Source: an uncultured Planctomycetaceae bacterium (GTDB lineage Bacteria; Planctomycetota; Planctomycetia; Planctomycetales; Planctomycetaceae). Taken from it: a DNA stretch of 64,000 nucleotides. Below are positions 40,161-53,700 of the stretch, piece by piece. The DNA is taken from assembly GCA_963976765.1 (NCBI GenBank), contig CAXBME010000006.1:62001-126000 (forward strand), written 5' to 3'. The number at the start of each line of letters is the position of its first letter. Positions within the stretch are counted from its first letter, which is position 1. The notes beneath the pieces are model-generated. The model was not told where the DNA came from, did no database searches, and worked only from the letters and a program-made list of their open reading frames with translations. Made by a program: the position numbers and the translations under genes.

Positions 40161-41696
40161 TCAGACTTCAACGATGACACTCGCTGACTCTGCGGCATTG
40201 ACCGGATTCCAGCTGACCATCTCTGAGAAACCCTGATACATCGCCTTCAGATTGATAAGCAATGCGACTCCAGCAGTGGCAATAAGAATCAGCAGAACAT
40301 CATGCGTTGTCGCCACGTTGTGCGAGCCTGATCCGTAGGCCGTTTCCGAAATGTGGATCAACGTTCCACCAGGATTCGTGACTTCACCGAGCGAATACAC
40401 GTTCGACCAGCGGGTGAATCCAAATGCGGCCGGAAGATAAGGGGCAATCATCCCCAGTGCTCCGATCAGAATGATCAGAACCCGGGCGTGAGCTGGACGA
40501 AATTCCGGAGTGACCATCTGGCCCAGCCGTCCGATCGCAGATCCGATCGCCACATAGATGAATACGTACAAAGCCGCTACCGCAACCATCTGCTGCACCC
40601 ATAATGCCCAGCTGCCAGAACGGACAAATATTGCCAGCGCCAGCACATGAATCGTTGTGAGCAGCAGACCTCTGCGACCACCGGGCAACCACGGCGCCAC
40701 CAGGAAGCGGACTACTCTCAGTCGCGAAACGTTTCGGCGAATACGACGAGAAACATGGTCTGCTTCCGTGCTGAAAACCAATCCTGCGACGAGCCAGTGC
40801 ATGGCTGACATGATCGCGCAGCCCGCGATCACATCCTCATCGACAGCTGCCGTCCCATAGCGATACGCGTAAGCCCACACTCCTCCCCACAGCAGCCAGA
40901 ACTGGAGCGTGCAGATAATTCGAATTCCAGAACTCCGGTTGTCCGATTCGAAAGTCAGGCGGGATATCGCGATCTGCTGAGCCAGCAGAAAGAAACTTCC
41001 GGCACCGACAAGGAAACTCACCAGTACCCACCAGAACTCTTCGCTGTCAAAGGGGATTGATTCCGAAAGCCCCACAGCACTCATGCCAAATGCTGCTGAC
41101 ATCTGCCACAGCAACAGGCCGATCATGCCAATCGTGTTGATCGCCTGCCATTGCCGATTGCTCGACAGCGTGCTGAGCATCAACGCGACCATCGACACAA
41201 AAAAACTCCACAGCAGACCCACCACCAGAAACAAAGTCACCATCGCAAGATCGAACCCCTGCAACAGCGATGTGAATGCGATAAACGGAGCGATGGCCGA
41301 GTAGTAAATAAAAACCTGCACCATCGAACTCAATAGCTTCCCATTAACGATCTGTCGCGGACTGAGTGTTGAGATGCTGAGCAGTTCGTAGGTGTTATGG
41401 TCTCGCTCGTTGAGCATGCTGCGGAATGCCCCGAACGGCACCACAAACAGCGATGCAAAGCCAATCACGTAATAATAAGCTACGAAGAACGCTCGGCCGG
41501 CCGAGCCGTATTCTATGGCAGGCCCGTACCAGACCGTCCCAAAAACCGAAATCAACCACGCGACGGTCAGCAACAGCATGAACGTGATGATGAACTGGCG
41601 ACTCTTCAACGCCTGCCGCGTTTCCTTCACCAGAATCGGGTTGAGTCGGTCAGTCAGGTAGTCCGCAAGGTGAAAGAACTTGTCGCCAGCACTCAT
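40161..41696 (-). CDS. ABC-2-type permease-like membrane protein
   Basis: NPILVKE.RQ, ERxxxTYELL, IVNGKL motifs; more than 10 TM segments; directly downstream of the ABC ATPase. Confidence 0.8.
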   Translation of the reverse strand: MSAGDKFFHLADYLTDRLNPILVKETRQALKSRQFIITFMLLLTVAWLISVFGTVWYGPAIEYGSAGRAFFVAYYYVIGFASLFVVPFGAFRSMLNERDHNTYELLSISTLSPRQIVNGKLLSSMVQVFIYYSAIAPFIAFTSLLQGFDLAMVTLFLVVGLLWSFFVSMVALMLSTLSSNRQWQAINTIGMIGLLLWQMSAAFGMSAVGLSESIPFDSEEFWWVLVSFLVGAGSFFLLAQQIAISRLTFESDNRSSGIRIICTLQFWLLWGGVWAYAYRYGTAAVDEDVIAGCAIMSAMHWLVAGLVFSTEADHVSRRIRRNVSRLRVVRFLVAPWLPGGRRGLLLTTIHVLALAIFVRSGSWALWVQQMVAVAALYVFIYVAIGSAIGRLGQMVTPEFRPAHARVLIILIGALGMIAPYLPAAFGFTRWSNVYSLGEVTNPGGTLIHISETAYGSGSHNVATTHDVLLILIATAGVALLINLKAMYQGFSEMVSWNPVNAAESASVIVEV

Positions 41697-41754
41697 AGTT
41701 CGCCTCGGGAATCGAATTCCGAACAGACTGATTTCGTCCACGCAAAGCGAAATG

Positions 41755-42774
41755 CTACTGCGTGATACCCTTTGTGATATTCATGAAGGCATCTTCCAGA
41801 CTTTGAGTCTTACCATAAAACTCGATCACCGGATGGCCAGCGGCGATCAGATTCTGCAGCAGTCGTTGCTGATCTTCGTCGTTACCTTCGAAATCGAAAA
41901 TCGCAGCCGCCCCCGCACACTGCACCAGATTGATCAATGGCTGTTCGAGCAGCCACTTTTCGAGACTGTGCATCCTGGACTGAACGTCATCGCCGGCAGC
42001 AATCCGAACATGCAGTGAACGGACTCTGGTTAACTCAGTGCTGCCACCATGCTGATTCCGCTGAATTTCGTCGACGGTTCCGTACGCCAGAATCTGCCCG
42101 GCTTCGATAATCGCTGCCGAATCACAAATCTCACCCAGTTCGGTCAGAATGTGAGAACTGATCAGAACGGTCTTCTTCATCTCTGTCGCCAGCAGGCGGA
42201 TCAGTTCGCGAAGCTCAACGCGAGCGCGCGGATCCAGGCCAGCCGCAGGCTCATCGAGAATCATGACCTGGGGATCGTGGATCAGGCATCGTCCAAGCCC
42301 CAACCGTTGTGACATCCCTTTCGAGAGTGTGTTAATCGCCTTGTCGGCGAGCTTTCGAAGTTCGGTAAACACCAGAACGTGCTCGATGGCATCCCGGCGT
42401 TTCGCGTCCCGCAATCCGTAGGCTCGCGCGTAAAAATCGAGATACTCGACAACGTTCATGTTGGCGTACTTGCCGAAGCTGTCCGGCATGAATCCCAGAT
42501 AACGCCGCACTTTGTCTGGATCGTCAACCACCGAGTAGCCACAAACAAAGGCGTCACCAGCCGTGGGTGTGTCGAGCGTTGCGAGAATCCGCATGCTTGT
42601 TGTCTTGCCGGCACCGTTGGGGCCGATAAACCCCATGACCTGGCCTGGCCAGGCCTTGAACGAAACATCGTCGACGGCTTTGAGTCGTCCAAAAAAACGG
42701 TGTAGATGACGCAGTTCCAACGCAGGTTCGCCTCGCTGGTCAACAGCTGCAGCAGTCGAAACTGGCTCGATCAT
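41755..42774 (-). CDS. ABC transporter ATP-binding protein
   Basis: GPNGAGKTT, signature LSKGM, ILDEPAAGLDP, SSHIL. Confidence 0.93.
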   Translation of the reverse strand: MIEPVSTAAAVDQRGEPALELRHLHRFFGRLKAVDDVSFKAWPGQVMGFIGPNGAGKTTSMRILATLDTPTAGDAFVCGYSVVDDPDKVRRYLGFMPDSFGKYANMNVVEYLDFYARAYGLRDAKRRDAIEHVLVFTELRKLADKAINTLSKGMSQRLGLGRCLIHDPQVMILDEPAAGLDPRARVELRELIRLLATEMKKTVLISSHILTELGEICDSAAIIEAGQILAYGTVDEIQRNQHGGSTELTRVRSLHVRIAAGDDVQSRMHSLEKWLLEQPLINLVQCAGAAAIFDFEGNDEDQQRLLQNLIAAGHPVIEFYGKTQSLEDAFMNITKGITQ

Positions 42775-42827
42775 GGGCGGCTCGCAACGTCAGATTTGAA
42801 AGATGTCATCGGACCAGGGGTGAGCGT

Positions 42828-43787
42828 TCAAAGAATGTCTTCAGAATCGTCGTCGTCAAAGACGGACGCATCGGCATCGATAATGTCTGTCTCGGGTGGC
42901 GGAGCCAGTTTCGTCATCGTTACCTGGTGACCACCTTCGCTGTAGTGGACCTCGTCCATGAATGACCTCATCAGAAGCATCCCGCGACCGCTTGGACGAT
43001 TGAGATATTCCGGATCAGTCGGATCCGGAATCACGTCAGGATCGAATCCTGGACCTTCATTGCGCACTGAAAACTTTGCCGCCTGCTGTGTCAATGAAAT
43101 GTCCACATAAAGCTGCCGATCGATGTAAGGCCGCTGGAGAGACCGACGGCGTGCCAGGTCTTCGTAGGCGCCGTAATCGTCGTCACGCAGGCTGGAATCG
43201 ACTTCCAGATTTCCATGATAAAGCGCATTCAGCAGCGACTCTTCAAAGGCAATACTGATTCGTAGCCGGTCGTTCTCGGGAAAGATTCGCATCGCTCGCA
43301 TCGTGTCGCGAACCTGTGTCGAAAGTGCGTGAACCAGCTTTGTTTCATTCGGCAGAATGTAAGAGGTTTCGAGGCTGGAAATCCGATTCAACAATCGAGT
43401 CCCACCTCGAGTCGATGAGGCCGCTTCCAGAATCTGATGGACCGTCGAAATCAAATCTTCGCCGAGACGACGCTTGGTAACGTAGCTGGCCGCCCCCAAA
43501 CGGAGCGCTTCAACAGCAAGTTCTTCGCTTCCCTGAGCCGTCATCAACAGGACGGGAATCAGCGGATAATCGCTCTTGATGGTTTGGACCAGTTCGAGCC
43601 CATTCATCTCGGGCATGTGAAGATCGGTGAGAACAGCGTCGGGGATATCCAGTTCAAGTCGCTCCAGCGCAGCTCGCCCGTTCTCGGCATAAATGACTTC
43701 ATACTCACCCGTCTTCTGGAGCAAGCCTCCCACAAGACGACGATCAACGCGCGAGTCGTCCACGACAAGTAGAGTTTGCATAACCAT
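42828..43787 (-). CDS. Response regulator fused to an RsbW-like (anti-sigma/Ser kinase) HATPase domain
   Basis: REC (VVDD, TDLHMP, MTAQG, YVTK) followed by EESLLNALYHGN, RNEGPGF, GRGMLLMRSFMDEV. Confidence 0.85.
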   Translation of the reverse strand: MVMQTLLVVDDSRVDRRLVGGLLQKTGEYEVIYAENGRAALERLELDIPDAVLTDLHMPEMNGLELVQTIKSDYPLIPVLLMTAQGSEELAVEALRLGAASYVTKRRLGEDLISTVHQILEAASSTRGGTRLLNRISSLETSYILPNETKLVHALSTQVRDTMRAMRIFPENDRLRISIAFEESLLNALYHGNLEVDSSLRDDDYGAYEDLARRRSLQRPYIDRQLYVDISLTQQAAKFSVRNEGPGFDPDVIPDPTDPEYLNRPSGRGMLLMRSFMDEVHYSEGGHQVTMTKLAPPPETDIIDADASVFDDDDSEDIL

Positions 43788-43951
43788 GCTTTCTGCCGCC
43801 TGGTAATATCGCGAGCCTGCACTTGATCAGCCGATGCTCGATTCTTTGAGATTCTGTTCCATGTCTCCGAAAAGGGAGTCTCACGATCGACGAAAATCAC
43901 GCAACGGTCTGCACCCGAAGGGAACTCGATCAAACGTGAACAGTATGATAG

Positions 43952-47161
<3,210 letters not shown>

Positions 47162-47327
47162 GCTTCCGAAACTCGCTCCGGAAAACGAAAGAACGCCGTC
47201 AGGGTATCACACCTGCCCGCCCTGATTCATGCTCGAATGGAATTCCGCCGACGACACTTCCCGATCAGAAACGCCTGAATGAAGTCGATCCACCGTTGTG
47301 GATCGAGCTTCCGAGTCAACGATTCGT

Positions 47328-49073
47328 TTATTCGCTCTTACGATCGCCATCAGTCGGTCGTCGACGACGGCGACGGCGTGGAGGCCGCTGACCGCCTTCG
47401 TCACCGTCACTGCTGCTGCGCGAGTCGCTGCTGCTTGAAGAACCGCTGCCGCCACGCGAAGAGCTGCCGCTTCGGCTGGAACCGCCACGTGGCGAACCGC
47501 TGCGACTCTGGCTGGCACCTCGAATATTCGCTTCCACAATCGACGACATCGCCTGTTCCCAGGTCGGGACATCATCCCAGTTGTTTGTCGCACGCCGTGA
47601 TCGAACGGGGCGATCATCCTCGTCCTCATCGTCCGTGTCGTCGTCGTCTGAATCGTCGGTGTCGTCCGCCTCGACTTCGTCCGAGTCATCTTCGATGTCG
47701 TCTTCCACTTTCGCGCGAGGCTTACGGCTACGACGACGGCGACGGCGACGCGGTCGTGTTTCTTCCTCATCATCGTCGTCTGAATCGTCGTCATCCGCCG
47801 ACTCGGCTACAGCATCGTCGTCGTCACCTTCGTCGTCGTCATCAAGGTCCGAATCTTCCGCCACTTCGACTCGCGGCTTTCGGCCCCGTCGACGTCGGCG
47901 TTTTCGACGCGGTCGTTCTTCTTCAGATTCATCTTCGGCATCACTGGACTCATCAGCGGCGTCTTCGTCCGCTTCACCGTCTTCGTCAGAATCGATTTCT
48001 GCACCAAACTCGTCGCCAGTCGGTTTGCGACTACGGCGACGACGACGTCGTCGTCGTTTGGGGCGTTCCGACACTTCTTCATCCGAGTCTGCGTCCGCGT
48101 CAGTGTTGTCTGTATCTTCCGCTCCGAAATCGTCGGCCTCGTCGTCATCATCAGAACGATCGACGGACTCTTCGTCGACAGGTTTTCGACGACGGCGGCG
48201 ACGGCGACGGCGACGTTTGGGTTTTTCGTCCCCCTCTTCGTCATCGTCATCGCGATCTGCTGTCACAACAGCTTTTTCAGCGGCATCGTCAGTGGCCTTT
48301 GCGGCGACTTCGTCGTCCTGATCATCTTCGTCGTACGCTTCGTGCTCGAAGAAGTTCTCGTCTTCATCGTCAAAGATGCCAACTCCGAAACCGAACGAAT
48401 CATCTTCCTGCGGCGGACTCGGTTTCTTCGCTTCAGGCTGGCGACGCTTCTTCGGACGATCTTCAGTCCGTTCCTTCTTCACGACCGGCGCGGCTGCTTC
48501 GAAGCTTTCGCCTTCGTCGTCGGCTTCCACTTGAGCGGTCTTCGCTGGTTGAACAGCCTTCGCTGGCCGGGACGATTCGTCATTGTCTTGCGAAGTGCTT
48601 TTCCTGTGGCTCTTCCCCCCGACGTCCCAATCGTCCAGAGGATCCCAGAACGAATCCTCGGCATCCGACTTCGGAACACTCTTGCGGGCCGGGCGAGGTT
48701 CAGCAGTTTCAGCAACCGGTGCAGGCTGTCGTGGCCGAGTCGGTGCAGACACCGGCTCGGGCGCCGCGTCTTCCTCGTCGTCATCATCTTCTTCTTCGAA
48801 AATGATGTCGTAATCGTCATCATCGTCGTCGTCACCGAAGTAGTTGTCCGAATTCACGTCATCCTCGTCGTCAGAGTCGATGGTCTCGGCAGCGACATCA
48901 GCTTCGACAGGCTCGTCCTCGACCGATGCCGAGGCAGGATCCAGCGACGAAAGATCGATCACTTCGAACGGCTCGTCATCGGAGTTCTTCTTGCCGACAT
49001 CGATTCCAAAAAGGTCCCGGGCGAGCCCTTCCCACGAGTCCGGATCATTCGGTGAATTCTGATTGGTAGTCAT
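47328..49073 (-). CDS. Low-complexity Asp/Glu- and Arg-block protein (predicted intrinsically disordered)
   Basis: 581-aa ORF co-oriented with the downstream genes; short aromatic motifs at both ends (DSWEGLARDLFG; WDDVPTWEQAM) argue this is the real frame. Confidence 0.8.
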   Translation of the reverse strand: MTTNQNSPNDPDSWEGLARDLFGIDVGKKNSDDEPFEVIDLSSLDPASASVEDEPVEADVAAETIDSDDEDDVNSDNYFGDDDDDDDYDIIFEEEDDDDEEDAAPEPVSAPTRPRQPAPVAETAEPRPARKSVPKSDAEDSFWDPLDDWDVGGKSHRKSTSQDNDESSRPAKAVQPAKTAQVEADDEGESFEAAAPVVKKERTEDRPKKRRQPEAKKPSPPQEDDSFGFGVGIFDDEDENFFEHEAYDEDDQDDEVAAKATDDAAEKAVVTADRDDDDEEGDEKPKRRRRRRRRRRKPVDEESVDRSDDDDEADDFGAEDTDNTDADADSDEEVSERPKRRRRRRRRSRKPTGDEFGAEIDSDEDGEADEDAADESSDAEDESEEERPRRKRRRRRGRKPRVEVAEDSDLDDDDEGDDDDAVAESADDDDSDDDDEEETRPRRRRRRRSRKPRAKVEDDIEDDSDEVEADDTDDSDDDDTDDEDEDDRPVRSRRATNNWDDVPTWEQAMSSIVEANIRGASQSRSGSPRGGSSRSGSSSRGGSGSSSSSDSRSSSDGDEGGQRPPRRRRRRRPTDGDRKSE

Positions 49074-49403
49074 TCGTTATTTCAGTCTCAAACACGAACA
49101 GGATTGGCATTCGGCGTTCTGCGGAATCGACCACCTGGTCTGTCAGACACATTTTGTGTCAGGCTTCGTCGCAGAAACCGAGAAATATAGCGTGAATCCA
49201 GCCATGCGGCCGGCATTCAAAGATTCAGAGAAGGCCGCGAAGTCTAACGACAAGAAACTTTCACCGCTATTTGGTTCCGGCGAAATCCCAGGCTCCCAGC
49301 CGGTTCGCCAGTCATTGAATCAACATTGACACTCCGGGACCGTCGGAAATACAAGCCTGCCCCTCACCCATTTTCACGATGCCTGGATTCTGGAGCGACA
49401 AGG

Positions 49404-50720
49404 ATGTCCTCTCTCTTTTCGGCTCGAACGCCGCTGATTTTGTGCCTTTCCGTCGTTTTGATCGGTTGCGGAGACGCGGACACCCCCAAAACCGACACAG
49501 CGGAGACAGACGCCCCGCAGACCGCTACAGACGGAAAATCCACACCGACACAACAGGCCAGCAAGCTGGTCGAGCAGGCCATCGCTCAGATCAAGGACCA
49601 GAAGTTCGACGAAGCAATCGCCAGCCTGAATAAGGCGGTCGAAACCGATCAGCAGAACGCCGAGGCCAGCTTTCAGCGAGCCGGAATTCTCGCCGACGTA
49701 GGCCAGGACCGGCTCGCCCTGAGCGACTACTCGCGAGCCATCGAAATCAACCCGAACGATGTCCGCTACCGGAACATGCGAGGCCTCTTTCTGTTGACTC
49801 GAAGCCAGCTCGACCAGGCTCTCCTCGACTTCGACGAAGCCGTACGGGTCGATCCGAAATACATCCAGGCCTGGAATAACCGAGGCCTGGTCAAACTTGC
49901 GAAAACAGACTTCCACGCCGCAATCGACGACTTTAACCAGGCCGTCCAGATTGACCCAACGTACGCCGACGGATTCAACAACCGAGGCTTTGCGTGGTTC
50001 AAAATGGAGGTTTACGACAAGGCGCTGGCTGACTTCGACAAGACACTGGAACTGCGACCTGGCTATGTCAACGCGCTGAACAACCGAGGCATGCTTCACC
50101 TGCGACTGAAGCAGCATCGTGATGCCATCACCGATTTCTCAGAAGCAATTGCCCACGACGAGAACAATCCGAAACACTACCAGAACCGCATGACCGCTTT
50201 CGCGGCCCTGGGCATGGACGAAAATGCTCAGGCCGATCGAAACCGTATCCAGTGGCTGCTCAAGCTCGGCCAGATCAACAACGTCGTCGCGCAGACTCCA
50301 CAAAAACCAGACGGTTACATTCAGCGAGCCAGTCATCTGGCAGAAGCCGGCAAGCACGAAGTCGCCCTCGTGAACTACGAGCAGGCCATCAAACTCGCTT
50401 CCGACAAAGCATCACCGTGGACCAGCCGAGCAAAGTACTGGCTTGAGCAGGGCGACTTTGCCAAAGCCATCTCCGACGCCACTAAAGCTCTCGAAACCGA
50501 ATTCAGCCATCCGGCACTTTCGATCCGGGGCGACGCCTTTCTTCAGCAGGGCGACTACGACAAAGCTATTGCCGACTACACCGCTGCGAAACGTCTCGAT
50601 CCCAGCGTCGCTCAAGCCTACTACCAAAGAGCACTCCAACGCCGCCAGCAGGGCAACGAAGCCGGCTTCCGATCCGACTTCGAAACCGCACGCCAGCTCG
50701 ACCCACAGATCGGCCAGTAG
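49404..50720 (+). CDS. TPR lipoprotein
   Basis: Lipobox VLIGC; about 10 canonical TPRs (NNRG...A..D...A....P). Confidence 0.9.
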   Translation: MSSLFSARTPLILCLSVVLIGCGDADTPKTDTAETDAPQTATDGKSTPTQQASKLVEQAIAQIKDQKFDEAIASLNKAVETDQQNAEASFQRAGILADVGQDRLALSDYSRAIEINPNDVRYRNMRGLFLLTRSQLDQALLDFDEAVRVDPKYIQAWNNRGLVKLAKTDFHAAIDDFNQAVQIDPTYADGFNNRGFAWFKMEVYDKALADFDKTLELRPGYVNALNNRGMLHLRLKQHRDAITDFSEAIAHDENNPKHYQNRMTAFAALGMDENAQADRNRIQWLLKLGQINNVVAQTPQKPDGYIQRASHLAEAGKHEVALVNYEQAIKLASDKASPWTSRAKYWLEQGDFAKAISDATKALETEFSHPALSIRGDAFLQQGDYDKAIADYTAAKRLDPSVAQAYYQRALQRRQQGNEAGFRSDFETARQLDPQIGQ

Positions 50721-50779
50721 CAGTTTTAAGTCAGTCGGTATGGGTCAGTGCAGACTATGGGTTCAGTTGAGTTCGTCGT

Positions 50780-53700
50780 TCAGGAAATTACCGGACGAAC
50801 GAAACGTTTCCGCGGGAACCTGGGTGATGGCTCATCGGCGGTGGAATCGGAATCGGGCGGCAGGTCGCGATTCTCTTCCGCCGCAAAGTGGACGTTCTGC
50901 CCGAGCAGCGTTCGAGCCAGACCGTCCCGCTGCGTCGCTCGCACGGCATCCAGAAAACTGACCTCGCCATTGATCAGTGCGGCGATCGGCTTCCCGTTGA
51001 GCAGAGCAATTCGGTTATGAGCCGTCGCCGGGACGCGAGAGTGCTTTGTAATAATGCCGACCAGATTCAACGGGTCGACTGCTGAGATGACGACCAGCTC
51101 GTCTGACGGCGACACACCGTTCGAAATCCCTTCGAGACTTTCCGGGCTGGCAACTCCCGATCTCTTGCCTGTTCCTCGAACATTCAGCGCGGGGTCGGTT
51201 TGCAGAAAGCTCTCACGAATGCCGACCGTTTTCGAAATCGTCCGGTTGCCGCGATCCGGCATCGCATCCCGCAACTGACGGAGCCTCTTCACCGTGTCGC
51301 CCAGTGCGAACTGCTCACCGGCCACGCCCGTAATAAATCGCCCGCCGCGGATCTCGCCGCGAGCTTCCAGTCGACGATAAACCTGCAGAAGCTCCCACCA
51401 CCGAGGCGTGCCGGCTTCGCGTTCCAGCAGATCGCGAAACACGACACCCCATCGACGAAGCAGTTGCCACGCCCATTGCTCGACGGAGTTCTCCTCGTCA
51501 GCGGTCGACTTCGAATCATCTGACCGCGATGCGTCAGCAGTCGCAGACGAGCGCTGCCAGATCGACCAGCGTCCGGTGCTGCCAGCCGAGTTGCGAGTTC
51601 TCGCCAGTCCGGATCGACGGCTGATTGACGGTGCCGGTTGCTTACTCTGCAACAGCGAACGCAGACCGCCGAAGCCGTCAGCCGCAATGCGGCCTCGCGA
51701 AACCAGTTCGCCCAGCGCGTCGTTCAGTTCGCCCGTCGAGACGCTCATCTGCTGCTGAAGATCTGAGGCAAAAACGGCTCCGCGCCGCTTCATCGCGTCC
51801 AGAATCTCGCGAGCGGCGGCGCTCAGAGACTCTTCATCCTCAGCTGCCGTTTCCGTGCTCAGCCATCCAAGGTCGCTCCGCAGGAACAGCGACACCGGCA
51901 CGACGCGAGTCAGCAGGGCAGGGGAGTCTGCTTCGCGCTTTGGCGGAAACAGTCGCCCCCAGGCAACTTCCCCGGACAAACAAAGTTCATCCAGCCAGGC
52001 CGATCGATAACCGTCAACACGAGCCGGAAGCACGTCACGTTCCCAGCAGACCGCCGCCAGGTCATAACCCTGCAGCAGAGACACGGCTTCAAACAAACCA
52101 TTGACGCCCGCTCGCCGAGTCTGCTTTGTCAGACCGTGATGATGCGTCAGAAATCGCAGAAACACATCCGACGACACCGGCTGAATCTGCTGCCGCAACC
52201 CCTGCATCGTCAATCGATGAATCCGCGATAACAACCGACGATGACACCACTCGGTCGCAGGCATTGGGTCTGTTCCCTGCTTATTTCCCTGGGTGCCACT
52301 GCGGGCTTGCCCAGCAGTGCTTGAACTTTGGCAGGAATCACTGCTGGGCAAGCCCGCAGTGGCACACTCACTCTGGTCTCGAAATCTGCCGCGCAGAACG
52401 ATTCCTTCGCCTTCCAGAGCTTCCAGAGCCGCAAAGGCCTGGTTTGGTCTGGTCCCCGTTCGCCGAGCGGCTTCTTCGTGAGTCAGCGGGCCTGATGTTT
52501 CCAGCAAACCTCGCATGGTCGCGACTCGGCCATCAACGTCGTTCCATTCAAGTCGTACGCCGTCGGGCGCCTGAATCTGCGGCTGCAACGCCGAGTCCGG
52601 AAACATCGCCAGCACCGCCGGAATTCGTTCCGCCGCTGTCCAGACGGTAACTCCGCCCGTTGCTGTCGTACTGGTCGCTCGACGTTGAGCAACCAGTTCT
52701 TCCAGCCAGCCCCGCCAGTCTTCCATTTCGGCGTCCGGCAACACGATCCGAGTCAGCAGCACATCGTGCAGCTCATCAGCGTTGCGAACAACGGGCGTCG
52801 CTTCGGCGGTCACCTGGTCGATCGCCAGCGGATCGAGACGCCCAAGGTCCTTCACCGAATCGACCGTCAGTGATCGCCGCGTCGAAACAGCACGAGCACG
52901 ACGTTCCGGCAACTCGCCACCGTCAAGAAACGCGTACGGGTTTGAGTTAAGCAACTCATAAGAAAACGGTGACGGCTCGCGAGTGTCCCGCGCGACGAAT
53001 TCAATCTCGCCGGCTTCCACCTGTCTCAGAACATCGACCAGACCAGCGATATCGAGAGCCTCGCTCAGGCAATCGTCCATCGTTTGCCGCAGCAGAATGT
53101 GCTCGGGCATTTCCAGCTCGCCAACGACGTTTTCCTGGCAACCGGTCAGCAACGGAAAGACGGACGACAGCAGATCGTCCGCGCGGAATCGCTGCAGCGC
53201 CGGCGGGATGCGTTTTCCTTTGTCACGGCGAGGAACCAGCAACGCCCGGTTCGCGTTCCAGCGCCAGCGGATTTGGAACATCGGAATGTAAAGGATCGCC
53301 TGTACCAGCAGTCGCTGAGCGTTCTCCGAAGTCAGCATCGGAAACATCGACTCCAGCGGAAAACTGTGTTGAGGCCCCAGCGAAAGAATGAACCCGTCGT
53401 CGTCGGCTGTCGCCTGAAGTTCAAAGTCGAACGAGACGCAGAACCGCTTCCGCATCGACAGACCCCACGCCTGCGTGATTCGCGAACCAAACGGAGCATG
53501 CACCACCATCTGCATCCCGCCAGACTCGTCGAAGAAACGTTCGAAGATCACTCGCTTCTGAGTCGGGACGATGCCGACGGCAGCAATCTGAGCCGCCAGG
53601 TAGTTCACCACCTGCCGAGCCGCGTCGTCAGAGCAGTCGGTCTCTTTGACCAGCCAGTGGACGATGTCCGCTGTCGAGTTGCGAAACTCCGTCTGCGTGG

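Noticed and set aside
47207..49055. Long alternative ORFs (508, 246, 237 and 195 aa) overlapping the acidic/Arg protein
   Set aside because: They are shadows of GAC/GAA/CGT-rich low-complexity codons, which lack stops in other frames; no independent motifs.
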